A stretch of DNA of 64,000 nucleotides from Candidatus Eiseniibacteriota bacterium (GTDB lineage: Bacteria > Eisenbacteria > RBG-16-71-46 > CAIMUX01 > VGJL01), in assembly GCA_963792585.1 (NCBI GenBank), contig CAWBWI010000003.1:768001-832000 (forward strand), in the 5' to 3' direction. Below are positions 1 through 8,781 of the stretch, piece after piece. The first letter of the stretch is position 1. Each line of letters starts with the position of its first letter. The translations under genes were made by a program, and so were the position numbers. The notes under the pieces were generated by a model. That model saw only the letters and a list, made by a program, of their open reading frames with translations. It was not told where the DNA came from and did no database searches.

Positions 1-437
1 CGTGCGAGGATCACCCGACGGATCCCGAAGCGCTCGAGGAATGCGATTCCCTCGAGGCTCGAGATCGTCATCTGGGTCGAGGCGTGGAGTTCGAGGTCGG
101 GCGCATGTTCCTTGATCCAGCGGGCCATCCCCAGGTCCTGGACGATCACGGCGTCGGGCCGCGCGGCCGCGATCCTCAGGAGCATCTTTCGGGCCGCTGC
201 CTGCTCCTCCGCGAAGAGGAGGGTGTTGAACGCGATGTAGGCCTTCACACCGTCCCGGTGAAGTTCGGCGACCACCTCGGGCAGAGTCTCGGCCGTGAAA
301 TTGCGCGCTCGCACGCGGGCGTTGTAATCCTGAAGGCCGAAGTAGACGGCGTCCGCGCCGGCGCGGACGGCCGCTCGAAGGGCGTCGATATCGCCGGCTG
401 GGGAGAGGATCTCTGGTTTTCCAAGGAAATTGCACAT
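1..437 (-). CDS. U32 family peptidase-like protein (5' part; runs off window start)
   Basis: Manual translation of the minus strand: MCNFLGKPEILSPAGDIDALRAAVRAGADAVYFGLQDYNARVRARNF...DAVIVQDLG...ELHASTQMTI, the typical U32 N-terminus. Not in the ORF track. Confidence 0.88.
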   Translation of the reverse strand, partial: MCNFLGKPEILSPAGDIDALRAAVRAGADAVYFGLQDYNARVRARNFTAETLPEVVAELHRDGVKAYIAFNTLLFAEEQAAARKMLLRIAAARPDAVIVQDLGMARWIKEHAPDLELHASTQMTISSLEGIAFLERFGIRRVILA

Positions 438-645
438 TGCCCCACTATAGACTGCGGCGGCCCCGGCGCGGCCCCCTGTTGCGCCCCCACGGCGGCGTGG
501 TATCGTCTCCGTGCCGGAGTCGCCTATGGGCGCTTCGGTTGCGGGTCCGGTGGCCGCCCGGCCGTCGGTGAAAAGAGCCCGATTCCCGCAGGCGGTGTCC
601 TGGGAGCAACGTCCGTCCGAGTCGAACGGATGGTTGGAAAGGGAG

Positions 646-858
646 ATGCCGAAGCTGCCGAACAAGGGGGGCGCCGATCGTCACGGCAAGAAGCCCCACG
701 CACGCCCCGACCGGATCATCGAGAAACGCGCGAAATGGGAAGACTACCTGGACCCCGACGAGGATCCTGGTCTTCTCGATGATGAGGAACTGCTGAAGGC
801 CGCCGATGCGGCGGAAAAGGGAGAAGAGGAGGAGGAGTCGCAGTCCACGGAGGGCTGA
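646..858 (+). CDS. Small hypothetical protein, basic N-half and very acidic C-half (70 aa)
   Basis: ATG at 646 preceded by AAAGGGAG; MPKLPNKGG...DYLDPDEDPGLLDDEELLKAADAAEKGEEEEESQSTEG. Confidence 0.55.
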   Translation: MPKLPNKGGADRHGKKPHARPDRIIEKRAKWEDYLDPDEDPGLLDDEELLKAADAAEKGEEEEESQSTEG

Positions 859-895
859 GTCGAGAAATGGCAAGGTCGAAAGATGGAGCCGGCCC

Positions 896-3145
896 TTACT
901 GAAATCTCCTCAGATTTTTCCCCAGGACGGCTTCGATCCGCGAGACCGGCCATCCCGCACGCCGAAGCCCCGCGATGAAGCGGAGGCTCTCGGAATCCGG
1001 CACGCCCGTTTCGAGTCCCGCGGCAATATCGAGATGCACCCCCTTTTCGCCCCAGCGAGCGAAGGCCTGGCGCACGATCATCGAGTCACCCACACCCTCG
1101 ACAGGGAGGATCAGGAGGATCCGTTCGTCCATGGGCGGCGGTGGTGTCGTCGGCAGCGCCCCGGTCGAACGTTCCCAGCGCAGCAGGACTTTGAGGTCGG
1201 GGTGCTTCTCGAGGACGCTCCTCCAATCGTCGGCGCTCGAGATGATCAACGGGCAGCCGCCACGTGCGAGGGCATCGCAAACCGCCGCCGTGGGTGCCGG
1301 AGCTCCCGTCGTCCAGAGCGCTCCCGCCAGTCCGGCGGCGCAGAGCGCGCGCGTCGCCTCGAATCCCGCGCGATCGAGCGATGCGGTCGTCGCCACCGGC
1401 AGGAGGGCGACCTGCATTTCCTCCCACGCCTCGCCCACCTCGGCGAACTTCCGCGCCATCCGGAGCCACTTGCGGTCGGTGGTCCTATCGATCAATCCAC
1501 CCAGACGCGGCAGCATCGCATCGGCTCCGCCGCGACCGGTGTCGATCTGGACAAGCCTCCCCGCGATCCGATCATCTCCGCCGAGGACCGGTCGCGTGGG
1601 ATCGCCGATCCGCACCGCGTCGAGCGGGGAGAAGGCGACCTGCAGCCCCTGCGCGCGCAGCCCGCGCTCCGCGGCGAGACCGTCGCGCAACTCGCCGGGT
1701 GAATCGACGATCGTCACGAGGAAGGAGAGGAGTTCCCGGCCGACCGGCCCGAGCACTTCCGGTCGCACGTAGCGGGCGCGGTCCTCGATGTCGTGGTAGC
1801 GGCGATGGTCGCCGCGGCTCCATGCGGTCATGACCGGAACGCCCTTCTCCTCGAAGGGGAAGTAGTCGCTCCCCTCGCCGTGCAACTGCCCCTCCTCGAG
1901 AAGCGCGGTGCGCGCCGAGTCTAGACCCGCGCGCCACGCGAAGTAGGGTGCGCCGATCCGCGCGCCCCCCGCGACGCCGAAACCGCCGTCGCCGTGTCCC
2001 GCCATGTCGAGGTTGAGCATGAGGACGACCCGCTCGAGCGGAATCGGGGGATCGGCCGCCATCTGCCGGGATCCGAGCAGCCCCAACTCCTCGCCGCCGA
2101 AGGTCACGAAGAAGACCGTTCTTCGCGGCCGCCACCCCGAGGCCATCGCCGCGCGCGCCGCCTCGATGACGACGGACGTTCCCGAGGCGTTGTCATTCGC
2201 GCCGGGATAGACGAGCCCGCGCGCATCGACGCCGACGCCGTCGTGGTGGGCTCCGAAGATCACCACCTCGCTGTCGAGGCGCGGATCCGATCCCCGGATC
2301 ATGCCGAGCACGTTGCGACCCGTCCCCTGCGCCTTTCCCTTGGTCGCGACCTCGAAGCGCAGTCGTTTTCCGGACGCGAGGGGGAACGCCCCCTCCTTCA
2401 GCTTGTCCTGCATCTCTTCGAGGGTCCAACCGGTCTCGCGCAACAGCAGGCGCACGACCCGCTCGCTGATGTAGCCGCCGGGGACATCGGGGCGGTATGC
2501 CTCGGGCATCAAGGCGGCGCCGGCGACCGCATCGCGTCCCTGGTAGTACAGGACCGCGGCGGCGCCGTGCGCGCAGGCCGCGGGAAAGGTATGCGTACGC
2601 CGGTACTCGATCTCCCAGTCCTTGCCGTCTTCGGGCTTGCCGCGCACGACGATCGCGATCTTGCCCCGAAGATCGCACCCCTCGTAGTCGTTGCGACCCT
2701 TGGCGGGCGCGTCGATCCCATACCCGATGAAGACCGCCTCCGCCGTGATCTTCCCGGAGGCCGGCGTGAGGAGCAGGGTGTAGTCGTCCCCCTCGACGAG
2801 GGAGAGCTTCCCGAAGGGTCCGTCGAGGATCTCGAGGGCGGCCTTCTTCGGCTCGTATCCGATCACCGGGAACGACTGGAAGAAGGTGCCGTCGGAGCCG
2901 CCGGGTCGCAATCCCGACGCGGCGAACTGCGACGCGACCCATGCCTCGGCCGCCGTGCCGGTCGCCGTTCCGCTACGCCGTCCCGCGAGGGCCGGGGAGG
3001 CGAGCGTGGAGTCGACGCGCCATGCGCGCATCCCATCGAAGAGTTCGCCCGGCGAGGCGGCGATGGCCGCTCTCGGCCCGGCCGCGAGCCCGCTTATACA
3101 GAACCAGATAAGCAAGGCCGCCGGCAAACCATGCGCGCGCCTCAC
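896..3145 (-). CDS. M28 family metallopeptidase with PA domain and C-terminal extension
   Basis: GAHHDGVG, YPGANDNASG, FGGEELGLLGS, NLDMAG, SDYFPF, YHDIED motifs; PA insert (GYGIDAP...DYEGCDLRGKIAIV). GTG start overlaps the upstream TGA; signal-peptide-like N-terminus. Confidence 0.88.
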   Translation of the reverse strand: MRRAHGLPAALLIWFCISGLAAGPRAAIAASPGELFDGMRAWRVDSTLASPALAGRRSGTATGTAAEAWVASQFAASGLRPGGSDGTFFQSFPVIGYEPKKAALEILDGPFGKLSLVEGDDYTLLLTPASGKITAEAVFIGYGIDAPAKGRNDYEGCDLRGKIAIVVRGKPEDGKDWEIEYRRTHTFPAACAHGAAAVLYYQGRDAVAGAALMPEAYRPDVPGGYISERVVRLLLRETGWTLEEMQDKLKEGAFPLASGKRLRFEVATKGKAQGTGRNVLGMIRGSDPRLDSEVVIFGAHHDGVGVDARGLVYPGANDNASGTSVVIEAARAAMASGWRPRRTVFFVTFGGEELGLLGSRQMAADPPIPLERVVLMLNLDMAGHGDGGFGVAGGARIGAPYFAWRAGLDSARTALLEEGQLHGEGSDYFPFEEKGVPVMTAWSRGDHRRYHDIEDRARYVRPEVLGPVGRELLSFLVTIVDSPGELRDGLAAERGLRAQGLQVAFSPLDAVRIGDPTRPVLGGDDRIAGRLVQIDTGRGGADAMLPRLGGLIDRTTDRKWLRMARKFAEVGEAWEEMQVALLPVATTASLDRAGFEATRALCAAGLAGALWTTGAPAPTAAVCDALARGGCPLIISSADDWRSVLEKHPDLKVLLRWERSTGALPTTPPPPMDERILLILPVEGVGDSMIVRQAFARWGEKGVHLDIAAGLETGVPDSESLRFIAGLRRAGWPVSRIEAVLGKNLRRFQ

Positions 3146-3978
3146 GGGGTGTCTTTCGCCGCGTAGAGGAGCTGCAGCATGAAGAAGAAGCGCTGGATGA
3201 ATGTGGCGGCGTCCGGCGCGTGCAGGACGCAAGCGTTCGCGGTCGTCCGCTCGATCCCTTCCAGACCATCGATCGCCTCGGTAGCCTCGACCGAGGAGAT
3301 GTCCATCTCCAGGCGCAGCGGCGGCGATGGCCGAAAAGGCGCGGAAGCCCTCCCGGCCACAGCGGCGGCCGTCGCATCGCGCGCGGCGGCGTGAATCTGC
3401 GCGCGCACCAGGCCGATCGGCTCGAGCAGCGCCGCCTGATAGGCGAACCCGCGCTTGGTCGATACGAACGCGCACTGGGGGATCGCGGGCCGGATTTCGT
3501 CCCACAACTCCGCCTGCCCGGTGACCAGACCGACCGGCACGCCGTGAACGCCCGCCTGGAGCGCGGCAATCGTCGTCTCGTTGCACGGCATCCCGTTCAG
3601 CCGCATCTCGCGGATCCGACCGGTGAAGGCATGCGAGAGGACGCCGTGGCGCACGCTCGGTCCGGGGTGGTAGCCGATCAACATGACGAGAGCGAAGGTG
3701 GCGTCGATCCCCATCAGCATGTCGATCCGCGGATCCCAACCGCTGATCAACCGTGCGGCCGGGTGGAGACCTTCCCAGAGGATGTTGCGCGCGCGCCCGT
3801 GGGCGTCGCGCACGATCACCTCGCGCGCTCCCGCCTCGACGGCGCCCGCGACCGCGGCATTCACGTCCTCGGTCATCCAGACGCGCGCCCGAGCATGATC
3901 CGGCCCGTCCGTGCGCGCCTGGTCCCAGGTCGCAACGCCGCTGATCCCTTCGATGTCGGCCGAAATATAGACGCGCAT
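3142..3978 (-). CDS. M55 family D-aminopeptidase (DppA-like)
   Basis: MRVYISADIEGISGV, VRDAHG, IGYH, GVLSHAF, NETTI motifs. Confidence 0.9.
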   Translation of the reverse strand: MRVYISADIEGISGVATWDQARTDGPDHARARVWMTEDVNAAVAGAVEAGAREVIVRDAHGRARNILWEGLHPAARLISGWDPRIDMLMGIDATFALVMLIGYHPGPSVRHGVLSHAFTGRIREMRLNGMPCNETTIAALQAGVHGVPVGLVTGQAELWDEIRPAIPQCAFVSTKRGFAYQAALLEPIGLVRAQIHAAARDATAAAVAGRASAPFRPSPPLRLEMDISSVEATEAIDGLEGIERTTANACVLHAPDAATFIQRFFFMLQLLYAAKDTP

Positions 3979-4013
3979 CAGGACCTCCGACCGAGCGACC
4001 CGGGTAGGGCCGT

Positions 4014-4964
4014 CTAGAATGTCGCTTCGACGCTTAAACGGTGCACGGACGGCAGGCTTCGATTCTCCGTGTAGCTGTAGTCCGCCTGGAGTCGGACGTC
4101 GGTTCCTGTGGGGATCCGCACGCCGCCCCCGACGCCGAAACGCTCCATGTCGTAGCGGAAGTACCATCCGCCGCGGACGAACGCATACCCGCCGACACCG
4201 TACTCCATGCCGAAGTTGGCCCGCTCCGCGTTGTCGGGTGGATGCTGGAACTCGCCGCTGGCCACCATGCGGTGCCCGTGGCTGTTCAGCAGGTCCATCG
4301 CCATCCCGACGCGGAAGATCGTCGGCATCTTCACGGTATCCTCGATGAAGACCATGTCGGAGCCGATCGACTGGATCGCCATCCCGATCTTGAGAGACCG
4401 GTACCCGGTGTCGTACAAGGTTCCGAAGTCGAATATGGTCCCCTCGGCGGTCCAGGTCGCGAGCGTGGATTGCACGTAGTGGATGGTGATGCCGGTCGAA
4501 AACTTGTCGGTCAGGAGCCGGGAGTAGGTGAGCCCGAGCGTGAGGTCGCCGGCGTCGTAGCTCGTGCCGTCGCCGTCGGGTCGGAAGACCGTGCGGACCT
4601 TCTGCTCCTTCATACCGACGCTTCGCGCCTGCACGGCGAAGGTGCCCGGCGCGAAGGGAATGTTGAAGACGTAGGCGGCGTGCACCAGCTGGACATCCGC
4701 GAACCAGTCGACGGTGTCGAAGACGAGCGCCCGATCCGTCAGGCGCGCGACCCCCGCGGGGTTCCAGTAGACGGCGGACGGATCATCCGCGACGGCGACG
4801 AACGCGGAACCCATCGCCGTGGCGCGTGCGCCGATCCCGATCTTGAGGAACTGTGCCCCGATCGTCCCGACCTTCTCGAACTCGCGCGCCCCGTGCGCGG
4901 CGTCCGCGGTCAGGAACAGAAGAGCCGCCAATCCGACGGCCGCGAAACCCCTACCCCTCACCAT
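4014..4964 (-). CDS. PorV/PorQ (UPF0164) family outer-membrane beta-barrel
   Basis: Signal peptide; AQFLKIGIGARATAMGSAFVAVADDPSAVYWNPAG signature; ends in F. Confidence 0.88.
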   Translation of the reverse strand: MVRGRGFAAVGLAALLFLTADAAHGAREFEKVGTIGAQFLKIGIGARATAMGSAFVAVADDPSAVYWNPAGVARLTDRALVFDTVDWFADVQLVHAAYVFNIPFAPGTFAVQARSVGMKEQKVRTVFRPDGDGTSYDAGDLTLGLTYSRLLTDKFSTGITIHYVQSTLATWTAEGTIFDFGTLYDTGYRSLKIGMAIQSIGSDMVFIEDTVKMPTIFRVGMAMDLLNSHGHRMVASGEFQHPPDNAERANFGMEYGVGGYAFVRGGWYFRYDMERFGVGGGVRIPTGTDVRLQADYSYTENRSLPSVHRLSVEATF

Positions 4965-5093
4965 CGACCCTCCCCTATTCCCAGCACGGGGAGGATACCA
5001 CAGGGGGCGGGCGTTCCGCGGAAGGCGAACGGGGGTTTTGGCGCGAGGGCGTCGCCGGGGCCGGGTGCGTGGACGTTCGCGAGCCGAGGTCAC

Positions 5094-6167
5094 TCAGCCG
5101 GAAGTGAAGTGGTCCCAACCACGCGCGCCGGCAGCATGGCGGCGCCCCTGGCGGTCTTCGAGCAGGACCTGACCCGGCGCGCCCGCGATCACCTCGCCGA
5201 TCGGCCACGCCGCGACATCGGAGACGCCCCGCAACGCCCGCATGGCCCGTTCCGCCCCATCCGCCGCGGCAGTGAAGATGAGCTCGTAGTCGTCGCTCGC
5301 CCCGAGCAGCAGGCCGATCGGGGCCAGTCCGATCTCGGCGGCCGCCGCGGCGAGCGGATCGCCGATCGGCAGCGCCTCCTCGCGCAGGACGATTCCGGCA
5401 GCCTGTCCCTCCACCATGTGGGTCAGATCGCCGGTGAGCCCGTCGCTCACATCGATCATCGCGCTGACCGCCCCGCTCGTTCCCAGCGCGCGGCCCTCCC
5501 GCGCCCGCGCCTGAGGGCGAAGGTAGGCGGCGATCATATCCGCGAATGCCGCCGGCACATCGCCGCCGAATCTCTGCAGGAGGGCGAGCCCCGCCGCCGA
5601 GGATCCCGGCGCGCCCGTCACCCACACGATGTCGCCTGGCCGCGCCGTGTCGCGCCGCACCGCGCCTCCCGCCTCCACCTCGCCAAGCAGGGTGATGTCG
5701 ATGACCAGTCCCTCGGCGATCCCGCTGACGTTCCCGCCGACCAATCGTGCGCCGTGATCGAGGAAGCGCCCACACATTCCCCGGTAGACTTCTTCCAGGT
5801 CTTCCACGGCGACATGCGGTCCGATCGCGAGCGAGACGATCGCTGCGCGCGGCAGCCCGCCCATGGCGCCGATGTCGCTCAGATTGACCGCGGCGCAACG
5901 CGCGCCCAGCTCGCGCGGCGCGATCCACGCAGGGATGAAGTGCCGGCCCGCGACCTGGATGTCGCAGGTGACCAGGATCTGGTGGCCCGGCGTGGGGGAG
6001 AGCGCGGCCGCGTCATCCCCGATCCCGATCGCCACGAAGGGAGGGAATGGACCGTGCCCCTCTTCCACCTCGGCGATGCAATCGCGGAGCCGGCGGATCA
6101 ATCCGAACTCACCGACCGCCGAGACGGGCGTGCCCGCCGGTCCGCGCCAGGCGCCCTCGCCGCTCAC
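5094..6167 (-). CDS. thiL: Thiamine-phosphate kinase
   Basis: GEFGLI, GIGDDAA, AVNLSDIGAMGG, MIDVSDGL, DDYELIFT, GWDHF. Confidence 0.95.
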   Translation of the reverse strand: MSGEGAWRGPAGTPVSAVGEFGLIRRLRDCIAEVEEGHGPFPPFVAIGIGDDAAALSPTPGHQILVTCDIQVAGRHFIPAWIAPRELGARCAAVNLSDIGAMGGLPRAAIVSLAIGPHVAVEDLEEVYRGMCGRFLDHGARLVGGNVSGIAEGLVIDITLLGEVEAGGAVRRDTARPGDIVWVTGAPGSSAAGLALLQRFGGDVPAAFADMIAAYLRPQARAREGRALGTSGAVSAMIDVSDGLTGDLTHMVEGQAAGIVLREEALPIGDPLAAAAAEIGLAPIGLLLGASDDYELIFTAAADGAERAMRALRGVSDVAAWPIGEVIAGAPGQVLLEDRQGRRHAAGARGWDHFTSG

Positions 6168-6802
6168 ACCACACCCCCGATTCGGGCATCGATACGCCGG
6201 TGCAACGCGCGTGTGGCTTCCTCGGGATCGGGACTCGCGCAGACGGCGGAGATCACGGCGACTCCGTGCGCCCCGGCATCGAGCAGGCCATCCACGTCCG
6301 CTTCCGTGACCCCTCCGATCGCGATCAGGGGAAGAGACACCACTCCCGCAATCGCCGTCACGAGGTTCGCGCCCGCGGCGGGTCCCGCGTCGGGCTTCGT
6401 CCCCGTCGCGTGGATGGGGCCGCAGCCCAGGTAGTCGGCCCCTTCCTCGTACCCGGCGCGCGCCTCCTCGATCGAGCCGGCCGAAGCGCCGATGATCCGG
6501 TGCGGTCCGAGCAGTTGCCGCGCGAGGCGAATGGGAAAGTCATCCCTCCCGAGGTGGACGCCATCGGCGTCGGCGGCGATCGCGACGTCGATCCTGTCAT
6601 TCACGATAAGCGACACGCCGGCCTTCTTGCAGATCGCCCGCACGCGCTTGGCCTCGAGAATCATCTCGGCGGTCGAGCCGCTCTTCCGGCGATACTGGAT
6701 CGTGTCGGCCCCGCCGCGAATCGCCCGCTCCGCAAGCTCGACATGATCGAACCGGGACTGGATCACCGTGTCCGTCAGAATGTGCAAGCGACCGATTCTC
6801 AA
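6164..6802 (-). CDS. thiE: Thiamine-phosphate synthase
   Basis: IQYRRK, LIVNDRIDVA, DGVHLGRDD, GPIHATGTK, IAIGG, GVAVISAV; TTG start coupled to thiD stop. Confidence 0.93.
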   Translation of the reverse strand: MRIGRLHILTDTVIQSRFDHVELAERAIRGGADTIQYRRKSGSTAEMILEAKRVRAICKKAGVSLIVNDRIDVAIAADADGVHLGRDDFPIRLARQLLGPHRIIGASAGSIEEARAGYEEGADYLGCGPIHATGTKPDAGPAAGANLVTAIAGVVSLPLIAIGGVTEADVDGLLDAGAHGVAVISAVCASPDPEEATRALHRRIDARIGGVV

Positions 6803-7608
6803 ACCTCCTCCGCCTTCTTCCGCATGAACCAGAAGTGGTCCGTCGGGCCGTTGCCGTGGCCGATCGAGAGACCGTGACGGATCGCCTCGGTCACGTATTG
6901 TTTCGATCGAGAGACGGCGATCTCGAGATCGATCCCGCGGCCGATCCAGGTCGCGAGCGCCGCGGAATAGGTGCAGCCGGTGCCGTGCGTGTTTCTCGTG
7001 TCGATGCGTTCCGCCGGAAACGGCGTGACCCCGCGGGCCGTGACGAGATAGTCGGTGCTCTGCGCCTCCTCCATGTGCCCGCCCTTGATCAGAACCGCGC
7101 GGCAGCCGCTCTCGAGGATCCGCAGGCCCGCCTCCCGCACATCCGCCTCGCCGCGGACCTTCATGCCCGCGAGCAGTTCCGCCTCGTGGCGGTTCGGTGT
7201 GACGAGCAGGGCGAGGGGAAGCAACTGCTCCCGTACGGTCGCAACCGCTTCCTCGTGTAGCAGGGGATAGCCGCTCTTGCTGATCATGACCGGATCGACG
7301 ATCAGGCGCTCGACCTTCCGCTCGCGCAGGTGCCGCGCGACGACCTCCACGATGGCGCTCGATGAGAGCATCCCCGTCTTCACGGCGGCGATCTCGAAGT
7401 CGTCGAAGACCGCGTCGAGCTGCCGGATGATGAGTTCGACGGAAACATCCTCGGCGGCGAGGACCGCCTGTGTGTTCTGGGCCGTGATCGACGTGATCAC
7501 CGAGAGGGCGAAGCCGCCGTTGGCCTGGATCGCCTTGATGTCGGCCTGGATCCCGGCGCCGCCTCCCGAGTCGGATCCCGCGATGGTCAAGATCTGGGGA
7601 ATCGTCAT
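6799..7608 (-). CDS. thiD: Hydroxymethylpyrimidine/phosphomethylpyrimidine kinase
   Basis: [48 protein letters not shown]. Confidence 0.95.
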   Translation of the reverse strand: MTIPQILTIAGSDSGGGAGIQADIKAIQANGGFALSVITSITAQNTQAVLAAEDVSVELIIRQLDAVFDDFEIAAVKTGMLSSSAIVEVVARHLRERKVERLIVDPVMISKSGYPLLHEEAVATVREQLLPLALLVTPNRHEAELLAGMKVRGEADVREAGLRILESGCRAVLIKGGHMEEAQSTDYLVTARGVTPFPAERIDTRNTHGTGCTYSAALATWIGRGIDLEIAVSRSKQYVTEAIRHGLSIGHGNGPTDHFWFMRKKAEEV

Positions 7609-8636
7609 CCCGCCCTCCCATTGATGGCGTCGATCAGCTCCCGCAGCCGCGCGAAGCTCTTTCGATTGAATCGCATCGAGATCCCGTGAAGCTGCTGGAG
7701 CAGCGGGTCCTCCAGGTCCTCCGGCGTGAGGTCCGACCGCTGGATGCCCCCGTCGCCGACGATGTCCGCGAAGCGGCCGCCCCAATCGGCGAGCTGCTCG
7801 TCGGTCGCGGCGCGGTCGAGACGCATCAGAAGCTTGTCGCCGACATAGCGGGACGAATGATAGTTCGAATAGAAGGTGCGGATCTCCTCGATCGCCCGCT
7901 CCGACTGGCTGACGCGCGTGAGCAGGTGGAAGTCGCTCGGTTCGATCAGGCCCCGCCCCGCGAGCCGCTTGTTGAGGAAGTCGAACCAATCGTCCCAGTA
8001 ACCGCTGCCGGGAGGATCGATGAGGACGACCGGCCGCGGATCGCACTTTCCCGTCTGGAGCAACGTCAGCAGTTCGAAGCACTCGTCCATCGTTCCGAAT
8101 CCACCCGGGAAGAGGACGAAGGCGTCCGATTCCTTGATGAAGACGAGCTTGCGGGTGAAGAAGTACTTGAAGTTGATCAGGCGGTCGGGGCGCCGGATGT
8201 ACGGGTTCGTCTCGGGCTCCATCGCGAGGCGGATCGCGAGGCCGAAGCTGCCGCCGTCGCCGGCGCCGCGGTTGCCCGCCTCCATGATCCCCGGTCCCGC
8301 GCCCGTGATGACCAGCAGCCCCGCGCGGACGATCTGCCCGGCGAGGTTCTCCGCCATCTTGTACTCCTCCGTGTCGGGTGCGATCCGTGCCGAACCGAAG
8401 ATGCTCACCTTGCGGTAGGCGCGGAAGGGGGCGAAGAGGCGGAACGCGTAGCGAAGCTCCTTCAGCGCGCTATTCATGATCTTCAGGTCGCCGCGGGTCG
8501 CGTCGTCCTGGACGAGCTTGAAGGCCGTGGTCGCCATCTCGCGGATCAGGTCAGGGCTGTGGGTCCGTCCCACGCGGGAGATCAGATCGCGGACGACGTC
8601 GTCGATCTCCTCTCCCATCGAGTAATTGAGGGGCAT
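7605..8636 (-). CDS. LOG family (Rossmann-fold nucleotide-binding) protein, long form
   Basis: [51 protein letters not shown] before ATG 8636. Confidence 0.9.
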   Translation of the reverse strand: MPLNYSMGEEIDDVVRDLISRVGRTHSPDLIREMATTAFKLVQDDATRGDLKIMNSALKELRYAFRLFAPFRAYRKVSIFGSARIAPDTEEYKMAENLAGQIVRAGLLVITGAGPGIMEAGNRGAGDGGSFGLAIRLAMEPETNPYIRRPDRLINFKYFFTRKLVFIKESDAFVLFPGGFGTMDECFELLTLLQTGKCDPRPVVLIDPPGSGYWDDWFDFLNKRLAGRGLIEPSDFHLLTRVSQSERAIEEIRTFYSNYHSSRYVGDKLLMRLDRAATDEQLADWGGRFADIVGDGGIQRSDLTPEDLEDPLLQQLHGISMRFNRKSFARLRELIDAINGRAG

Positions 8637-8781
8637 GGACACCTCCTGCCGGGGAGTCTACGGGCCGCCCGGAGGGGCTACAAGCGGCCGCGGAGGGGCC
8701 GGTGGCGCGGATGTCCGCACTCCCTGTAAAGTCCCGGCGAACCCAATAGACTCAATGGAAGTGAATCGAGGAGGCCGATCG

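Noticed and set aside
8637..8781. SAM or cobalamin riboswitch before metE; TPP riboswitch for the thi genes
   Set aside because: No recognisable conserved aptamer motifs in this short divergent intergenic region.
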